DNA of 63,850 bases, counting the filler, from Lenisia limosa (Eukaryota > Protista > Breviatea), in NCBI GenBank assembly GCA_001655205.1. It is 10 parts of 10 records of this genome, joined end to end, with 100 filler letters (N's around TTAATTAATTAA, not from the genome) between each part and the next. Parts side by side here need not be neighbours in the genome. Positions count along the whole stretch, not along the records: positions 27,506 to 29,715 come from LPNZ01001848.1; positions 29,816 to 30,935 come from LPNZ01000805.1; positions 31,036 to 33,581 come from LPNZ01006374.1; positions 33,682 to 58,326 come from LPNZ01010837.1; 6 more parts are not named here. One strand, given 5' to 3'. The notes beneath the pieces were generated by a model. The model did not search any database. It was not told the DNA's origin and worked only from the letters and a program-made list of their open reading frames with translations. The position numbers were made by a program, and so were the translations under genes. Shown here one piece after another: positions 27,462 to 41,262 of the stretch (position 1 is its first letter; each line of letters begins with the position of its first letter).

Positions 27462-27607
27462 NNNNNNNNNNNNNNNNNNNNNNNNNNNNNNNNNNNNNNN
27501 NNNNNTGTGGCGGCATACAACTCCGGCGTGGGGATGGGCTCCTTAATGTCTCAAATGGGGCCTCTCGTGCCCTCCCTATATCTTCCATTATTCATCTCGA
27601 CATACAG

Positions 27608-29663
27608 GTTCGAGGCGACCGGCCCGGTCCAGACGAGGGAGGTGGAGAGCTTTCGATCTTCAAGATCAAGGCCTTTGGCGTCGAGGACGTGGCGCCACGC
27701 CAGGATGTCACCGCCGTTTTCTCGGCTGAGAGGTGGGCGAACGGGACGTGTTGTGTTTTCTTTGATTGATAGGGGGTGGAGGGGTGATGAAATGTGCCTG
27801 CTCAAGCTGGGCTGAGATTGCCTTCGTAAAAATATTGATCTTTCAGCTACATTTTCCAGTACAAGTTTGATCGTAAAAACTCCGAAGTCTTCCAAATGTA
27901 CTTCTACCAAGTGGGTTGATATCTGGTTTATAACACACAGTGGATTCGCACTGATACTCTCCTTTGATTCATAAATATTACTTACCCCTACAGGGCCGCG
28001 CGAGCACTGTGTCTGATAAGGGAACTTCAGCATACCTGACGGTGGAGAAGTCTCAAGGGGTGGAGGTACTCGACCAAGTCAGAATCGAGGCTGGGAAGGT
28101 GGGCGTTGATGAAGGAAACGTGAGTAATATTCCCTCTTGTCTTGGCTTGGCTTATGTTTTGTTTAATTTTCTTTCTAGGAAACTGCCCATTTCATGCAGA
28201 TCTTTGGGGACCGCCCGCTTGTTACATTCAATGTGAGGGGAGTGTTAATTGATGACGTGTTAATATGGCTTATTTGAGGAGGTCACTGCAATCCGATACA
28301 GATTCAATTTTTTGATTATATCCCATCGGCAATACCCCCCCCCCCTCTTCCAGTCAATTATCTATTGGTATAGTCCATCCCCCCTCCNNNNNNNNNNNNN
28401 NNNNNNNNNNNNNNNNNNNNNNNNNNNNNNNNNNNNNNNNNNNNNNNNNNNNNNNNNNNNNNNNNNNNNNNNNNNNNNNNNNNNTACTTTTCTCACTTTT
28501 CAGGGCCGTCACCAAACATCGCTTCCATCCTCATATCTCCTCCAAGTAAGACTCTTCTTGATACAGTATATGATATAATACATAGTATATGTCAGGACTG
28601 ATCGCGGTCAGTGTATATCATATAGTATGTAATGTAGTATATTCTATCATATAATGATATATTACTATATTTATCATGTATCATATATGATATCCTTGGA
28701 CAATGTTCTAACGGGCCCTCGAAAAACGATATATTAACCTCTTTTGACTCTTCGAGTACTTTTGTCAAAAAATACATGTTTTCTTTGTAACCTCTCCTAA
28801 TGACACGCTCATCAAGAGGCTAACTAGCTTTCGATTTTGCGCGCAATAGTCCTTCGCGTTGGTTCTCTGCTTTCCTTTGCCTGTCACACCTTACCATGCC
28901 AGGTTACTGCCACCGCCAGCGGGAAGCAGAACTGCACCATCCAAGACGGCCCCGCATCTGCTGTCGAGGTGGGAGGGGAAATGATGGGAGTGGTGGAAGC
29001 TTGGGGGTGGGGGTAATTATTTCTTCGGGAGGTATACCCCCCTGTCCAATCCCAATCATGCAGTTTAGTCTTGCTTTCCTCCACTATTTTTTATCTCATT
29101 TTCTGACTAGCAGATCCCTCTCACTGCCCGACGGTTGTGTTCGCGCTACGCCTACGTTGCCGCTGCCAAAGGACAGGTGTTCTGTTGGATCGGCAAGGGT
29201 GCGTCCCAAGCTGAGAAGACACATGCACAGGCCACTGCTAAGGGCCTTGGGGTGAGGAGGTGGCTTTGAAACAATTAGATAGATGACAAAATGTTGTATG
29301 TGGAGTTAACTTATTCAAATCCTCACCCCCCCCCCAGAAGGGTTCATTTGAAGAGGTCAAAGAAGGCGCGGAAAGTGCAGCCTTCTGGCAAGCTCTTGGA
29401 ACCACTGAGAAGGGTGGGCATTGTAGAAGGCTGAGTTTCTCGTTAACTTCTCGATTATTATTCTGGGGTGTTTTTCCTCGGCTTTTTGAAGAACTAAGTT
29501 CTGTAAATTGGGTAGATATGTTGATGAAGATGGGTGCATACACAAAACATGTATGGAAGGGGCAATTCCGTTTTGCTTTTTTCCACCCCCGACCCCAGTC
29601 CTCTTTTCATCCCCTTCAGCTGGAAGAGCCATGGCATGCCTCGGAGATGAGTACTGGAAATCG
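27608..29663 (+). CDS. Villin/gelsolin-family actin-binding protein, internal fragment (scaffold-limited)
   Basis: Exons give YIFQYKF...FQMYFYQGRASTVSDKGTSAYLTVE, ETAHFMQIFGDRPLV (28179-28232), GQVFCWIGKGASQAEK and EGAESAAFWQALG, which are gelsolin-repeat signatures. Confidence 0.85.
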
Positions 29664-29759
29664 GTGGGAGCAAAACTCAATATTTCATTGTTCAGTAGCT
29701 CAATAACTCAATATTNNNNNNNNNNNNNNNNNNNNNNNNNNNNNNNNNNNNNNNNNNNN

Positions 29760-29771
29760 TTAATTAATTAA
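29760..29771. other. Artificial scaffold-joining linker
   Basis: TTAATTAATTAA within the N run. Confidence 0.97.
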
Positions 29772-30979
29772 NNNNNNNNNNNNNNNNNNNNNNNNNNNNN
29801 NNNNNNNNNNNNNNNTAATCCCCGTGGTGATCAGGGGGTCCTCCATGTTGAGGTGGACGTTCCGAATGAACACGATGGCTCGATTGGTGAGAATGCCGAC
29901 TAATTCAGTGAGGTCAAATTGATATGCAGCAAAATGAGTAAAGTAATGAGTATGTTTTAAAGCTGGTCATGATATATATCCCCTCTGCATACCATTTCAA
30001 ATAGTAAAAATTATGTTGAAGTATACAAATATAGAGGACTCTTGCTTTTAATATACAATGATTATGTAGAAATGAAAGAAACAAGGGAGAATATAGGCGA
30101 AGCCGTCCACACTATGACGTATATTATGATTTGTAGAAAAGAAGCAAGGGTATGCGTACTGTTCGCTGCTCCAAGGAATCCTTCTGCCGGGGTTTGCTGA
30201 ACAATGACACAAACTTCAAGGTGATTACCCGTTATGAATATGAGAGTAAATGATATAATTTGTATATATCCGATATACATGTAATATACATAAACGGAAT
30301 TGAGCTGATTCTGAGAGTATCAGGCAGAAGCCGTACAACTTACATCTCGTTTTGAACAATAATTGATCAGCTAGAATATATGGGTCTCTCTGGCATACCT
30401 CTGTTTCACGACCTGCATCATAGACGGCACTGAACAGGTGAGAAAAATGCTGGTGGAAAATTAGGGTATCTATGGTGGAAATTTACAGACTATTTAACGT
30501 GAAGCTTTCAGTAGAGCATGTATATTATTATTACCCCCCCCCCACGTTAAAACAGAGTTACCGCCGCTGACACCACGGATGGTGAAGCCTTGGTTGGAGA
30601 CATGGGCCGGGATCAACAGGGGGGCGTCGAAGCTACACCAGGATTATCATTTGGGAGCAGTATTTTCAAATTTACATGTTATATTTTTATTTCACATTCC
30701 TGCAATAATCATATCCATCAAGGGCTTACGTGTGGTCACCGTTAGGAACGTAGCACTCCATCAGCGTATTGGTTGGTACCACCTAGGTTATTATAAAATG
30801 TTTAAGCATTACCAATGTACATATACAGTACATATCCAGATGTAGCACTAATCAGTCTTTCATAAACACGATGGTGTGAACGGATTGACGACATACTTAT
30901 TCCCCAAATTATTGCTTATTTCTACCCCCCCCCCCNNNNNNNNNNNNNNNNNNNNNNNNNNNNNNNNNNNNNNNNNNNN

Positions 30980-30991
30980 TTAATTAATTAA
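30980..30991. other. Artificial scaffold-joining linker
   Basis: TTAATTAATTAA within the N run. Confidence 0.97.
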
Positions 30992-31078
30992 NNNNNNNNN
31001 NNNNNNNNNNNNNNNNNNNNNNNNNNNNNNNNNNNGGGGGGGGGGGGGGTGAAGAATATTTGGGGACACAATACCCAC

Positions 31079-31831
31079 CTGGAGAGCCCCCTCCTTCTCA
31101 TTGATGCGGGACAGAAGGCCGAGGGCGAAGGCGGCGGTCTTTCCTGTGCCGGACTGGGATTGCGCAATCAGGTTGTTGTACCTGGGGGGAGTCAAATTGG
31201 AAAATTTTGGAAACAAAGAGCCAATATCTTGGCTGACAATACACGAAGGTTAATAACAAACAATAAAACAAAGTCGCTTCGGCAACCCCCCCCCCCCCGT
31301 ACGGTTTGNNNNNNNNNNNNNNNNNNNNNNNNNNNNNNNNNNNNNNNNNNNNNNNNNNNNNNNNNNNNNNNNNNNNNNNNNNNNNNNNNNNNNNNNNNNN
31401 NNNNNNNNNNNNNNNNNNNNNNNNNNNNNNNNNNNNNNNNNNNNNNNNNNNNNNNNNNNNNNNNNNNNNNNNNNNNNNNNNNNNNNNNNNNNNNNNNNNN
31501 NNNNNNNNNNNNNNNNNNNNNNNNNNNNNNNNTGGCTAACAGAAAAACAAACAAAGCCCAGGCCTGTCCCTTCTGCAGCGCCGCATCCCATCATTGTGAA
31601 AAGAAAGATGGTACCCCTCTCAAAGCTATACCCCAAGGGTTTCACTTCGGTTCGAAAAAGAACACTAAAATATCAATAGTTTCTGAGGATTTATCGAGAA
31701 ATTCTGTCTTTTTTCGAACCGAAATGAAGCCCTATATGATAGACCCCCCCCCCCACAGTCCCAGCTCTTCGAACTTCTTGATGGAGTAGAGGGGGGAGTC
31801 AGGGTCGGCTTGCTCAATGTCCAACTCAGCC
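31079..31831 (-). CDS. DDX19: DEAD-box RNA helicase Dbp5/DDX19, N-terminal exons (partial)
   Basis: Exon 31831-31757 AELDIEQADPDSPLYSIKKFEELGL and exon 31181-31079 YNNLIAQSQSGTGKTAAFALGLLSRI; the DPxSPLYS and AQSQSGTGKT motifs are Dbp5-specific. Confidence 0.92.
31182..31280 (-). repeat. Repeat family I copy forming the 3' end of a DDX19 intron
   Basis: The reverse strand reads ...TTATTAACCTTCGTGTATTGTCAGCCAAGA...TTTCCAAAATTTTCCAATTTGACTCCCCCCAG|GTACAACAAC (exon). Confidence 0.85.
31533..31592 (-). repeat. Repeat family I, 5' part, in a DDX19 intron (rest in gap)
   Basis: Reverse strand GATGGGATGCGGCGCTGCAGAAGGGACAGGCCTGGGCTTTGTTTG. Confidence 0.8.
31635..31734. mobile_element. MITE family A, full copy in a DDX19 intron
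   Basis: AAGGGTTTCACTTCGGTTCGAAAAAG...TTTTTTCGAACCGAAATGAAGCCCTA. Confidence 0.85.
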
Positions 31832-33625
31832 NNNNNNNNNNNNNNNNNNNNNNNNNNNNNNNNNNNNNNNNNNNNNNNNNNNNNNNNNNNNNNNNNNNNN
31901 NNNNNNNNNNNNNNNNNNNNNNNNNNNNNNNNNNNNNNNNNNNNNNNNNNNNNNNNNNNNNNNNNNNNNNNNNNNNNNNNNNNNNNNNNNNNNNNNNNCT
32001 GTTTAAGTCGGTATTATTACGAATCAGTATTAAACGGTAATATTTCTTCATGGTATCCCTTTTACTCGATTCAATCTCTTGTTTTCAACAAGAAACGAAA
32101 ACACCTCAAAATTATCAAGATGGCGGAAGTATGGTAATTTGTTTTTATGGTATGTATATCCTTATGTATTTTTTGAGGATTTATCGAGAAATTCAGACAA
32201 TAAAACTGACAATCAGGTTTTTAAATGTACACTTTGTTTGGGTTGGCGATTTCAGCGTGATTATTGTGACAAGACAAAAGAAAGGCAGCTTATTTAATGT
32301 TAGATGAAATAAGAAAAACAGACTAAATTATTTGAACAACTGCATCGATCGCATAAACACATCGATATGTAGTATCCTTATGTATTTTATCCCCCTTGGA
32401 CTGCCAATACAAGACCATATATCCGAATTTTATCATAAACAGCTATCACTTAAACCATAACAGTTAACCCATGGATTTCAGGAAATTCAACCTGGCTGGA
32501 CTGGGACGCAGGGTCCCTCCCGCAGGGTTTGTTTCAAGGTTTGTAGAAACAGCCCCCTGTGAGAACGCCCAATGATGTAGGTGAGGGGATGTGGTACCCT
32601 TCACTTTTACAACTCTTATCTTGCCACTACCCTCATATTATATCTAAGTGTGTTAAATGTGCTAATATTTGGGTGGGTGGGATGGCAAAATCTTTCTCAC
32701 TGGTGGAGATATTCAGTGACAGGGGTATTCAATTGTGTCTTTTCTTTTTAAACTGAATGAACTGAACTATTGATTATTTCTAGGAACCGTGAATTGAGAT
32801 CCCAGAGATCTGTCCTCCAGTTTCATCGTTGATCTTAGGAATGGGAATTGGCAGATTCTTTGGTAAGATCTTTCTTGTATATTTGTACAGCGGCTCTTGT
32901 CGGTGACTATTTGTATGACAGCTACGGTATGGTTTCTAAAATCTTGGTTTTCACAATTTAGGAATGGGATGAACCTTATTGCTTCTTGTATTACCTATGC
33001 CTTGCAATTTTACTGTGGCCAAAGGAGGCTCAAGTATAGTTGCTATGTTGCTATGGTACTGTGTGTGTATTGTGATAACTTGGTACAGGTAGAAGAATGG
33101 TATGTGTGAGCTGTATTTTCTTTATCTATTTCCTTTAATCCCTGAAATGGAGATAGTTGGAAGTACCTTTGAATAACCTTTTTAGGTGCAAATAAGGTTC
33201 AGTGTAAATTTCAGGAACTGAGGGTATGATGTTCATTTCCTCTCATTTCCTAGGTAAATGGAATATGGTCTCGAATTTGTCTGCAACTTGATTGAGGATG
33301 TTGCCTCAACTAAGCTCATATTATTAACCCTATCCCTTATTTGTATGCGTATCTGTATCCGTAAATTTCCATGCCATATTTAGTCCTGTATCTCTGTATC
33401 CGCAGTCCGGGACAAAAACATCTTAAGCCCACTTCGGGTTAGTTTTCCTGATTATTAATGATATTATGATTCTAACACCTTCCAGAGACAACCTTTAATT
33501 ACTGATGATGTTGAAGAAGCTGTTGAGGTGACTGATACTTTTATTACTCTTCTTTAGAAGAGTACCTTCTATCAAATATATNNNNNNNNNNNNNNNNNNN
33601 NNNNNNNNNNNNNNNNNNNNNNNNN

Positions 33626-33637
33626 TTAATTAATTAA
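33626..33637. other. Artificial scaffold-joining linker
   Basis: TTAATTAATTAA within the N run. Confidence 0.97.
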
Positions 33638-34153
33638 NNNNNNNNNNNNNNNNNNNNNNNNNNNNNNNNNNNNNNNNNNNNGGGGGGGGTAGAATGAGAG
33701 TTGAGAGTAGGATGCAGATATCGACATGTGAACGAGTAAATCTCAATACTTTCTTTCTCAGCTTCCATCTCCCCACCCCCTTCTATATTAGGGATTCTCT
33801 CGGTAGTTCTCACGGTATAAATATGTCCTACAAGGCGAACATACAATCTGAATATCTATCTCAACTTTTCTTCTATTGAGATCGTCATGACTGACAGAAG
33901 TAATGGAACAATGGGCAGAATCGGCTGAATTTAGCTTTGGATATCTCTAATGATTATCTAAAAGCAGAGGAAGTTGAAGAGGGAGATACATCACCCCTCT
34001 CCCTTGCTCGGGCCACCCTGACAATAAGGATTATCATTTTGACTGTTTTTTTATTTATAAAAGGCTGGCTAATTGTCTCGCACTTCTCTTACTAATTTTT
34101 CAGAGAGTTTACTTCGGATCCCCACTCGACCCCCAAGACTCATTTCTGTTCAG

Positions 34154-37100
34154 AAAGCATGAAGCACGTCATCGGAGAGGTCAAGAAGGACGGCGGCGAG
34201 ACTCGAGGCGGATACTTCCAGCGCAGAACTGAGAAACTACAGGACCAGTTCAAGGAGAGGTTCGGCCAACCGTGGGGAGGGGGGGTAATGGGGAGATAGG
34301 GAGGGGGTTAAAATAGGGCCATCCTAGTTTTCTACCTCAGACCCTGACTTAATATTGAGTGGGTGTTAATTCCTGAAACGAGAGGAGGTTTATTGAGTTA
34401 TTTGTTGATTTCGACACCATCACATCAAGGATTGCCAATATTGTATCAAATACTGAAATTAAACACTAATGTTTTACCTGTTTTAGGGATATCGTACATT
34501 ATTGCTGGATCAATCTTAAGAGACATTGAAGCAATAAGGAAGCTGTATTGACCTATTCAGCGAGACTGAAAGCTCAACCGTCTTCAAAGGCGCCCGTATA
34601 TACGTCAACGGCTTCACTGAGCCGCCCCAAAGTGTTTTGTTTGCTCTTATAGGAGCAAATGGTGGCACAGTGGAGTACTATCTCACATCTCGAGGTAAGG
34701 AAATTGGTATAGGGGTTGTCTTGACTTGTCACTACATTTACCCGTGATGAACCTGCTTCTGATAAGAGGATAGAATTGGCAATGGCGTCAATTAGACACC
34801 CCATTCATTGTCTAGTTACACACCTTGTTGCAACCAACTTGCCCGCACAGAAAATTGACCAGATCAAGTAGGCACCTCTTTTGTCAGCAAATATTTAATA
34901 GATAGTATTACTTTGAGTTTTTTTGATGAATAATTGAGTAAATGCATAGCAATGTAATGTTGATAGCGTTACTGGAGACATATTTAAAAAGTAATGTTAG
35001 TATATTCTATTCTAACTCACACCGCCGTTGACCCCCCCCCCCCCNNNNNNNNNNNNNNNNNNNNNNNNNNNNNNNNNNNNNNNNNNNNNNNNNNNNNNNN
35101 NNNNNNNNNNNNNNNNNNNNNNNTGTTGCCAGTCAAGGATTATTTGGTCTTCAATAAAAACATGTTTGCTCCGATATTAATATATTAATATGTGATATGA
35201 ATCAAACCAGTTAAATATTTATTGAATTTTTTCAATTGTTTATGCCAATTCCTCTTCTATAGTTTACAAATAAATTGACAGGTTCTGCTCACAATCTGTA
35301 TCACCATGAATTGCTCATATCATCTTTTAAATCTCAACGACTGTTTGAGTGTATTTGCTCCCTCATAGTTCAGAGGTCTCATGCCTGCCACGTCATTGGT
35401 TTGATGGGCTGGATATGGGATCAAAACGGAAGCTGTAACAATTGCGAAATTCTCATATTAGTAAAATTCATTTGACCATCATATCGTATGTGCTGTTGTG
35501 TATATTTTGTGAAACTCCTTTTTCATTTCCTATAGGATCTGATAATATTATATATCGATATAAGGTACGTCACCTCCGTGAACATCGGACTTTATTTTTT
35601 TCGTTTATTTCATCATAATTGTGACATATGTATATCCCAAAAATTGCCCAGTTTTATTTAAAAATGGCTGTTAAATCAGAGAAGAAAATTTCTTGGGATA
35701 ATAAAACACACAAAAACAATCACTGAACTGAAATGAACTGAACTTATTCCATTTATGTCGACTCGATCTAGATTTCTCTTTTAGGTTCAACAAAACTCGG
35801 TTCTCTTTTGTTTTGTGATCCATAAAGGCGATGTCAAGATAATTTGAAACAGTTTTTAGAATACTGGAAAGGTCATTATTCGATACTGTTTTGAGCGGAA
35901 CAATTTTTTTGATAGGTTTGAAACTCTTGGTGACACCTCGAAGAAAATCTTTGTATTAAGTTGAACACAAACCCCAGATCACTGGAGTTTCTGGGTCTAG
36001 AAGGTTCAGATGAGTCTGTTTCGTTGAAATTTTGTACCGATTTACAGCCAATCGAAATAAAAAAAACACTATTTTCAGAATTCTCTGCGACGAATCCCAG
36101 TATTAGGCATGACGTTGTACAGCAACTAACTGTAGACTTTTGACGAACTCCAAAAAGAAAAAAAGACTCTTGACGATTCCAGTATTAAGCAAATCAAAAA
36201 TAGAGATGAAATGCTACGAAGAGTTGAAGTACATGAATTTTTGGAACAAACATTTTCTTGAAAATTCTGTATTTTCCCAGCAAAAAACTTTTTCCAGAAA
36301 ATTCACTGTATTTTTCCAGGAAAACCACTGGAAAAGTGAAAAAATCCCGATTCAAGGCTTTTCCAATCGAATTACCCCTCGTGGTTGTCTTCCTTTTGTT
36401 ACTCGGAGTTTTCTGTTGAAGAAAACTCCATGTAAAAAATCAGAAAACTACTCCCAGGAATAAAAAGGGTTTTCTGGTAGGAAAACCACTGTAAAAGTGG
36501 AAAAATCCCTACTCCAGTGTTTTCCATTCGAATTCCTCCTCCTTTTTTTCTTCATGGTTGTCTTCCTTTGTTACTCGGAGTTTTCTGAGGAAAACACTCA
36601 TTACTTAAGAAATGAAGCATTTTTTTTGACGTCTGCCTCCATTTTTTCAACTGAGGCCGTAAACTTGTGTTTTCCGGCCAGAAATCTCCAGTAAAAAAAA
36701 GCAGAAAACCACTCCCAGGAAAAAAAACTCGGGTTTTACTTTTTAGTACTTCATTTGGAAATTACCTTGGTATGTATCTGACAATAAAATTTTTGTTGTA
36801 TCATACTTATTTTGACAAAATCTTTAGCAATTTAAAAAAAAAAACAAAGGGACGATGTTCACGGCCAGGTTATGTTCACGGTCAGGTTAGTGTTCACGGT
36901 CAGGTGACTTGTACACTCTATCGTCTTCTTATTGAGTATTTGGACAATTACCATTTAGATGAACAAACAGCTGTCGACTCTTGATGCTCGACACCCCAAC
37001 TTTCTCGAGAACTACTTTGCCAACTCACGACTCCACCAGATCTCCACAATCCGAGGTGCCTTGCAGGTATGGCTGGGGTCGACATTGTGCAATAACAGAA

Positions 37101-40100
37101 GATAGAAATAAAAAGGTTGTATGGCACAATGGCAGAAAATACCAACTGTTCCCATTTTTGTCCCATGTGGCAATAGTAAAGTAACATTGGCGTTCTACTT
37201 TATTGGCTCTAGAAGTATGTTGTGCGGGAAATCAAAAAGAACCCTGGCAATGAAGCACTTTATGGTGGGGGGACTATTTTATATTTCCTATGAACAACCA
37301 GGCTGATCGTATTTGATCATCAGTTCGGGTGTGTTTACGACTAGTATTTGCATTGGCAACAATGGCTTACACTTACTCTCCAGCCGGCAGGGACAGGTTT
37401 ATTGCTCATATTGACATGGACTGTTTCTTTGTCTCTGTGGGTCTGAGAAACAAGCCGCATCTGAGGGACAAACCTATCGGCGTGGGTTTATGGTGGATTC
37501 TTACCCTCTTTCACTGACTCTATTACCACTATACGCAATACTCATCTTCAAATGGCGGACGACTTCTTGATTTATAATCTCCACCAGAAACATAAGTTTT
37601 CAGGAGTACCCGAAGTACTTGATAGCTTACTATCTAGGTGTCACATTATAAAGGCGGGGACAACTCTCACGCAGACATCGCGTCTGTCAATTACGCTGCC
37701 CGGGAGTATGGTTCGTGGTGTATATATGGGTATTGAGAGGGTTGGTGGAGTTTGGATGCACCTCATGTTTGTTAGTTTTGCATCGTGATTAGTGCTTATG
37801 GCCAATATTTATCATCGAAATTTCCTTCATTGGGCTTTGTTTTTGTTTTTATCAACCTTCGGGTGTTGTCAGCCAACAGAGCTGATTTTGGGCTTTTTTT
37901 GTTTCATAAATTGTCCCATTTTACCCCCCCCCCCCNNNNNNNNNNNNNNNNNNNNNNNNNNNNNNNNNNNNNNNNNNNNNNNNNNNNNNNNNNNNNNNNN
38001 NNNNNNNNNNNNNNNNNNNNNNNTATGCCCAAACCTTCAGCTTATCCCCTACGACTTTCCAGGGTACTACGAGGTCTCTTCAAAAATTGTCAATATCTTC
38101 CTGGGGTGGACTTCCAAACTTCAGGTTAGAGTAAGGGTGAATGTAATTGAACAAGTTAATATATATACATACCATGACATACTACTATTATATAAGTCTT
38201 GACCAATTTGTCATATGATTTCCCAACGAAAATAGGTCAAGACTTATACCGGTCAATCATCATCAGATTGTTACTATTTATGCCTCTCCTAAAGTACTAA
38301 ACTGTTGTATCATATAATATAGTATATGATATTTTATTCTGTGACATTTCCTAGATTCTGAGTTGTGATGAAGCCTTTTTAGACCTGTCACATTGTGTGC
38401 AATCCAAAGAGCAAGCCCTTGATGTATGTATATATGACAACATCTCTTTTGTTTAGTGAGTCGTCCAACACTCTTAACAGCTTTCACTATCGTACCTCAC
38501 ACCCCTTCCAATGCTTAGCCCGATTTATTTGTATTATTTCCGTTTTTCACCCTCCTCCCCCTTAGGTTGGCAATTCCATTCGAAAGCAAATTGAGGAAGA
38601 GACCGGGTGTTTTGCCTCAGCAGGAATCGGACCGTCACCCCTGATAGTGGGGATTGAATGCACCCGTGATAATGGTGTACTATGCTCTATATATCTACCA
38701 ATACTACTCCATACTTTAAAGTAAAACAATTATACAATTACTTCAAAATTTTCTCTGTCTGATTGAATAGGCCAGATTGGCAACTCGAAAAGCCAAGCCC
38801 AACGGAATTCATGTGGTACTAGAAGAAGTGGGCATAGATAGCATCGACGAGCTGAAGCTTCAGCATGCATCCTATTTTTGTATAAGAGTTTTTGACCTTT
38901 CCAGGAGATCCTTGCTTTTATCGAGGACCAAGAGTTGTCCAATATCACTGGTGTTGGGAGAGCTACGGCAGCCAAATTGAGGGTATGTCTCCATTTATTA
39001 ATTTATTAAGCCCCTTTTTGTATATGAAATATTTTCCATTTAACTCTCGGCGATTATTGAGATGCTTTGGTGGAGTCACAACACCCTCTCCCCCACAATA
39101 TTACAACAATTTAAGTTTTTTTTTTCTTGATGTGCTTCATAAATATAGGATGCTGACATTGTCACCTGTGCTGACCTCCATTCGCCCTCAGGCCAGGATA
39201 AGTGCAAACGGATTCTGGGGCCTCAACAGTCCGTCACCATCATAAACCAAGCGAAGGTGATAATGAATGCCTGCTGATCAATCTTCACGTATACACATAT
39301 TGTAGATATTGTCGAAAGGAATAAATCTTCCTCATTTATTGTAGGGTATTGACCCGACGGAAGTCTCGGCTGAGTACGTGAGAAAGTCTCTCGGAGTCGA
39401 TGTGAACTATGGAATAAGGTGGGACGATGTCACAAGGTGGACAATTTGGTCCAAACATACCTTGAAACTGTCGATTCAATATCAAAATCACCCCTCTTTT
39501 TGTGAACAGTAGCATCATGTAGCCCTGTAGTAATACTTGAGGGGAATAACACAGCAGGATGAAGCTTCAGTCAGAAGTTGACAACTTTATCGAGAGACTG
39601 TGCATTGAGGTCATCAATAGGTATGCGTGAATCACACATATTTACTCAGAAGAGGTCTGAATGAGTATTCAACAATATTCAAAACTAATTTTCCCTTTTA
39701 CTATTTCGCACCTTCTTCAATGAAATAGGAAATCTAAAGTTGCCCTATATCATTGACATAATCCACATATTACTCAACTCATCATGTTAGAATGGCTGAT
39801 GAGCATGTTGTTGCCCGGCATATTACGGTCAAGGCCATGCGGTCTAAAGGTGGGCTGACTTTGCAATGGAACAAAGTGATCATATTTTGCTTTAACATCT
39901 GAATTGTTTTGTTTTAAAATATCCTGTTTGAGCTTTTCTTTCTCTCAAAATTCTGGAGTTTCACCTCCCCCCAGGTATCCAAGAATCGAAGCACTTTGGT
40001 CACGGTCATGTGGACGTGTTGACGAGGGCAAGGGTCTTGACTGCCCCTTTCTCTGAGTACAGCGTCCTACATAAATGTGGGTGCAGGTGTTGGGGAACAG

Positions 40101-40864
40101 TTGTACAGATCTGCATCTGTTTTCCTTGTGATGATATGACAGTATAAAACTACAAAATGGATTGGTTAACACTCCAGGTGTCACACAGCTGTACAGCAGT
40201 CTGGGTATGTCACCTAATCTGTTGCGAGGCTTCAGCATCCACCTGGGGCAGTTAACTACTAGTAACTCCTTTTCTGCCCCTTCCACCTCAAATTCGCTGT
40301 GTAAGTAGGGTGGTTCCGTGCGGTCGATAGGACCAAACCTCTTGTACATGCACCAAGATTCTTGTACCCGTGAAGACGCTGATATTACAGCTGCCGATGC
40401 CAACCAAACCTCGGTCATGGCGTTCTTCAAAGCGGGGGAGGGCAAGGTACTCGGGTCGACTAGCCTGGCTGCACAGAAGAGAAAACCCAACATTGCCACC
40501 AAAGTAGCTCTTGGACCGATGCTACCCAAGGTCCAGCCCAAGCCTGAGAGGAATATTCGAGTATCAGCGGCACCTTTTGTAAGTGTTAATGAGCTGGTAG
40601 AGGCTGTTGAGGCGTCACAATCCAAAGCTGTTTTCAGACGGTTGAAGGTGGGTTCGAACTTAACAGTCGTTTCACCCTTTTAGGCAACCAGAAACTGCTA
40701 TCATTTACTCCATCCAACTTACAGTAAACTCAGAAAGTGGGTTACAATGTCGTTTTCTTGACGATTTTAGTTCAAACAGGCCAGACCAAGAGCTGTTTGC
40801 CGCCAAATTGAGACTTTGGGCCCTCAGAAATCTGAGTATCCAACTCGAACCCCCATGTTCCTGA
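34154..40864 (+). CDS. REV1: Y-family DNA polymerase / deoxycytidyl transferase REV1, roughly 20 exons
   Basis: GGYFQRRTEKLQDQF plus BRCT (VFKGARIYVNGFTEP, THLVATNLP) at 34154-34870; PNFLENYFANSRLHQIS (~36990-37050); FIAHIDMDCFFVSV (~37398); ADIASVNYAAR; CPNLQLIPYDF; SCDEA; ARLATRKAKPNG; ITGVG; RKSLGVDVNYGIR; SKHFGHG. Ends approximate. Confidence 0.95.
36319..36587. repeat. Two imperfect ~100-bp direct repeats (period ~160 bp) within a long REV1 intron
   Basis: GGAAAACCACTG..AAAGTG.AAAAATCCC...GGTTGTCTTCCTTT(T)GTTACTCGGAGTTTTCTG at ~36319 and ~36480. Confidence 0.8.
36855..36905. repeat. 3 x ~17-bp tandem repeat TGTTCACGGTCAGGT
   Basis: Direct reading. Confidence 0.8.
37831..37935 (+). repeat. 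Repeat family I copy in a REV1 intron, ending in a C-run at a gap
   Basis: TGGGCTTTGTTTTTGTTTTTATCAACCTTCGGGTGTTGTCAGCCAACAGAGCTGATTTTGGGCTTTTTTTGTTTCATAAATTGTCCCATTTTACCCCC. Confidence 0.88.
38191..38248. mobile_element. MITE family C, short copy in a REV1 intron
   Basis: 14-bp perfect IR TATAAGTCTTGACC / GGTCAAGACTTATA; the core TATGATTTCCCAACGAAAA is shared with 63361-63486. Confidence 0.7.
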
Positions 40865-41262
40865 CATTAAATAACATAAAAGAAAACACACATTTCCGGA
40901 TCAATTGTCGTCTTCCACCAGTGCGGCAGCCTGGGGGGGGGGGGNNNNNNNNNNNNNNNNNNNNNNNNNNNNNNNNNNNNNNNNNNNNNNNNNNNNNNNN
41001 NNNNNNNNNNNNNNNNNNNNNNNNNNNNNNNTGTTTCCCATTTTTGTTTCATGTAATGCTGTTTTGATAATGATGTAGGATGTGAGTTATCAACTGGACT
41101 TTAATACCCTTTTATATAACCGGAATACTTGACCATTGATATCTTCAACTTACTACATAATTCTGAATGATTATGAATGAAAGAGCGACTTATTATTAAA
41201 GGGATCTTCTGAAAACACGATTTTCTAGGGGGTGGGGGGTCCGTCATGATAAAAAGCCCTAC

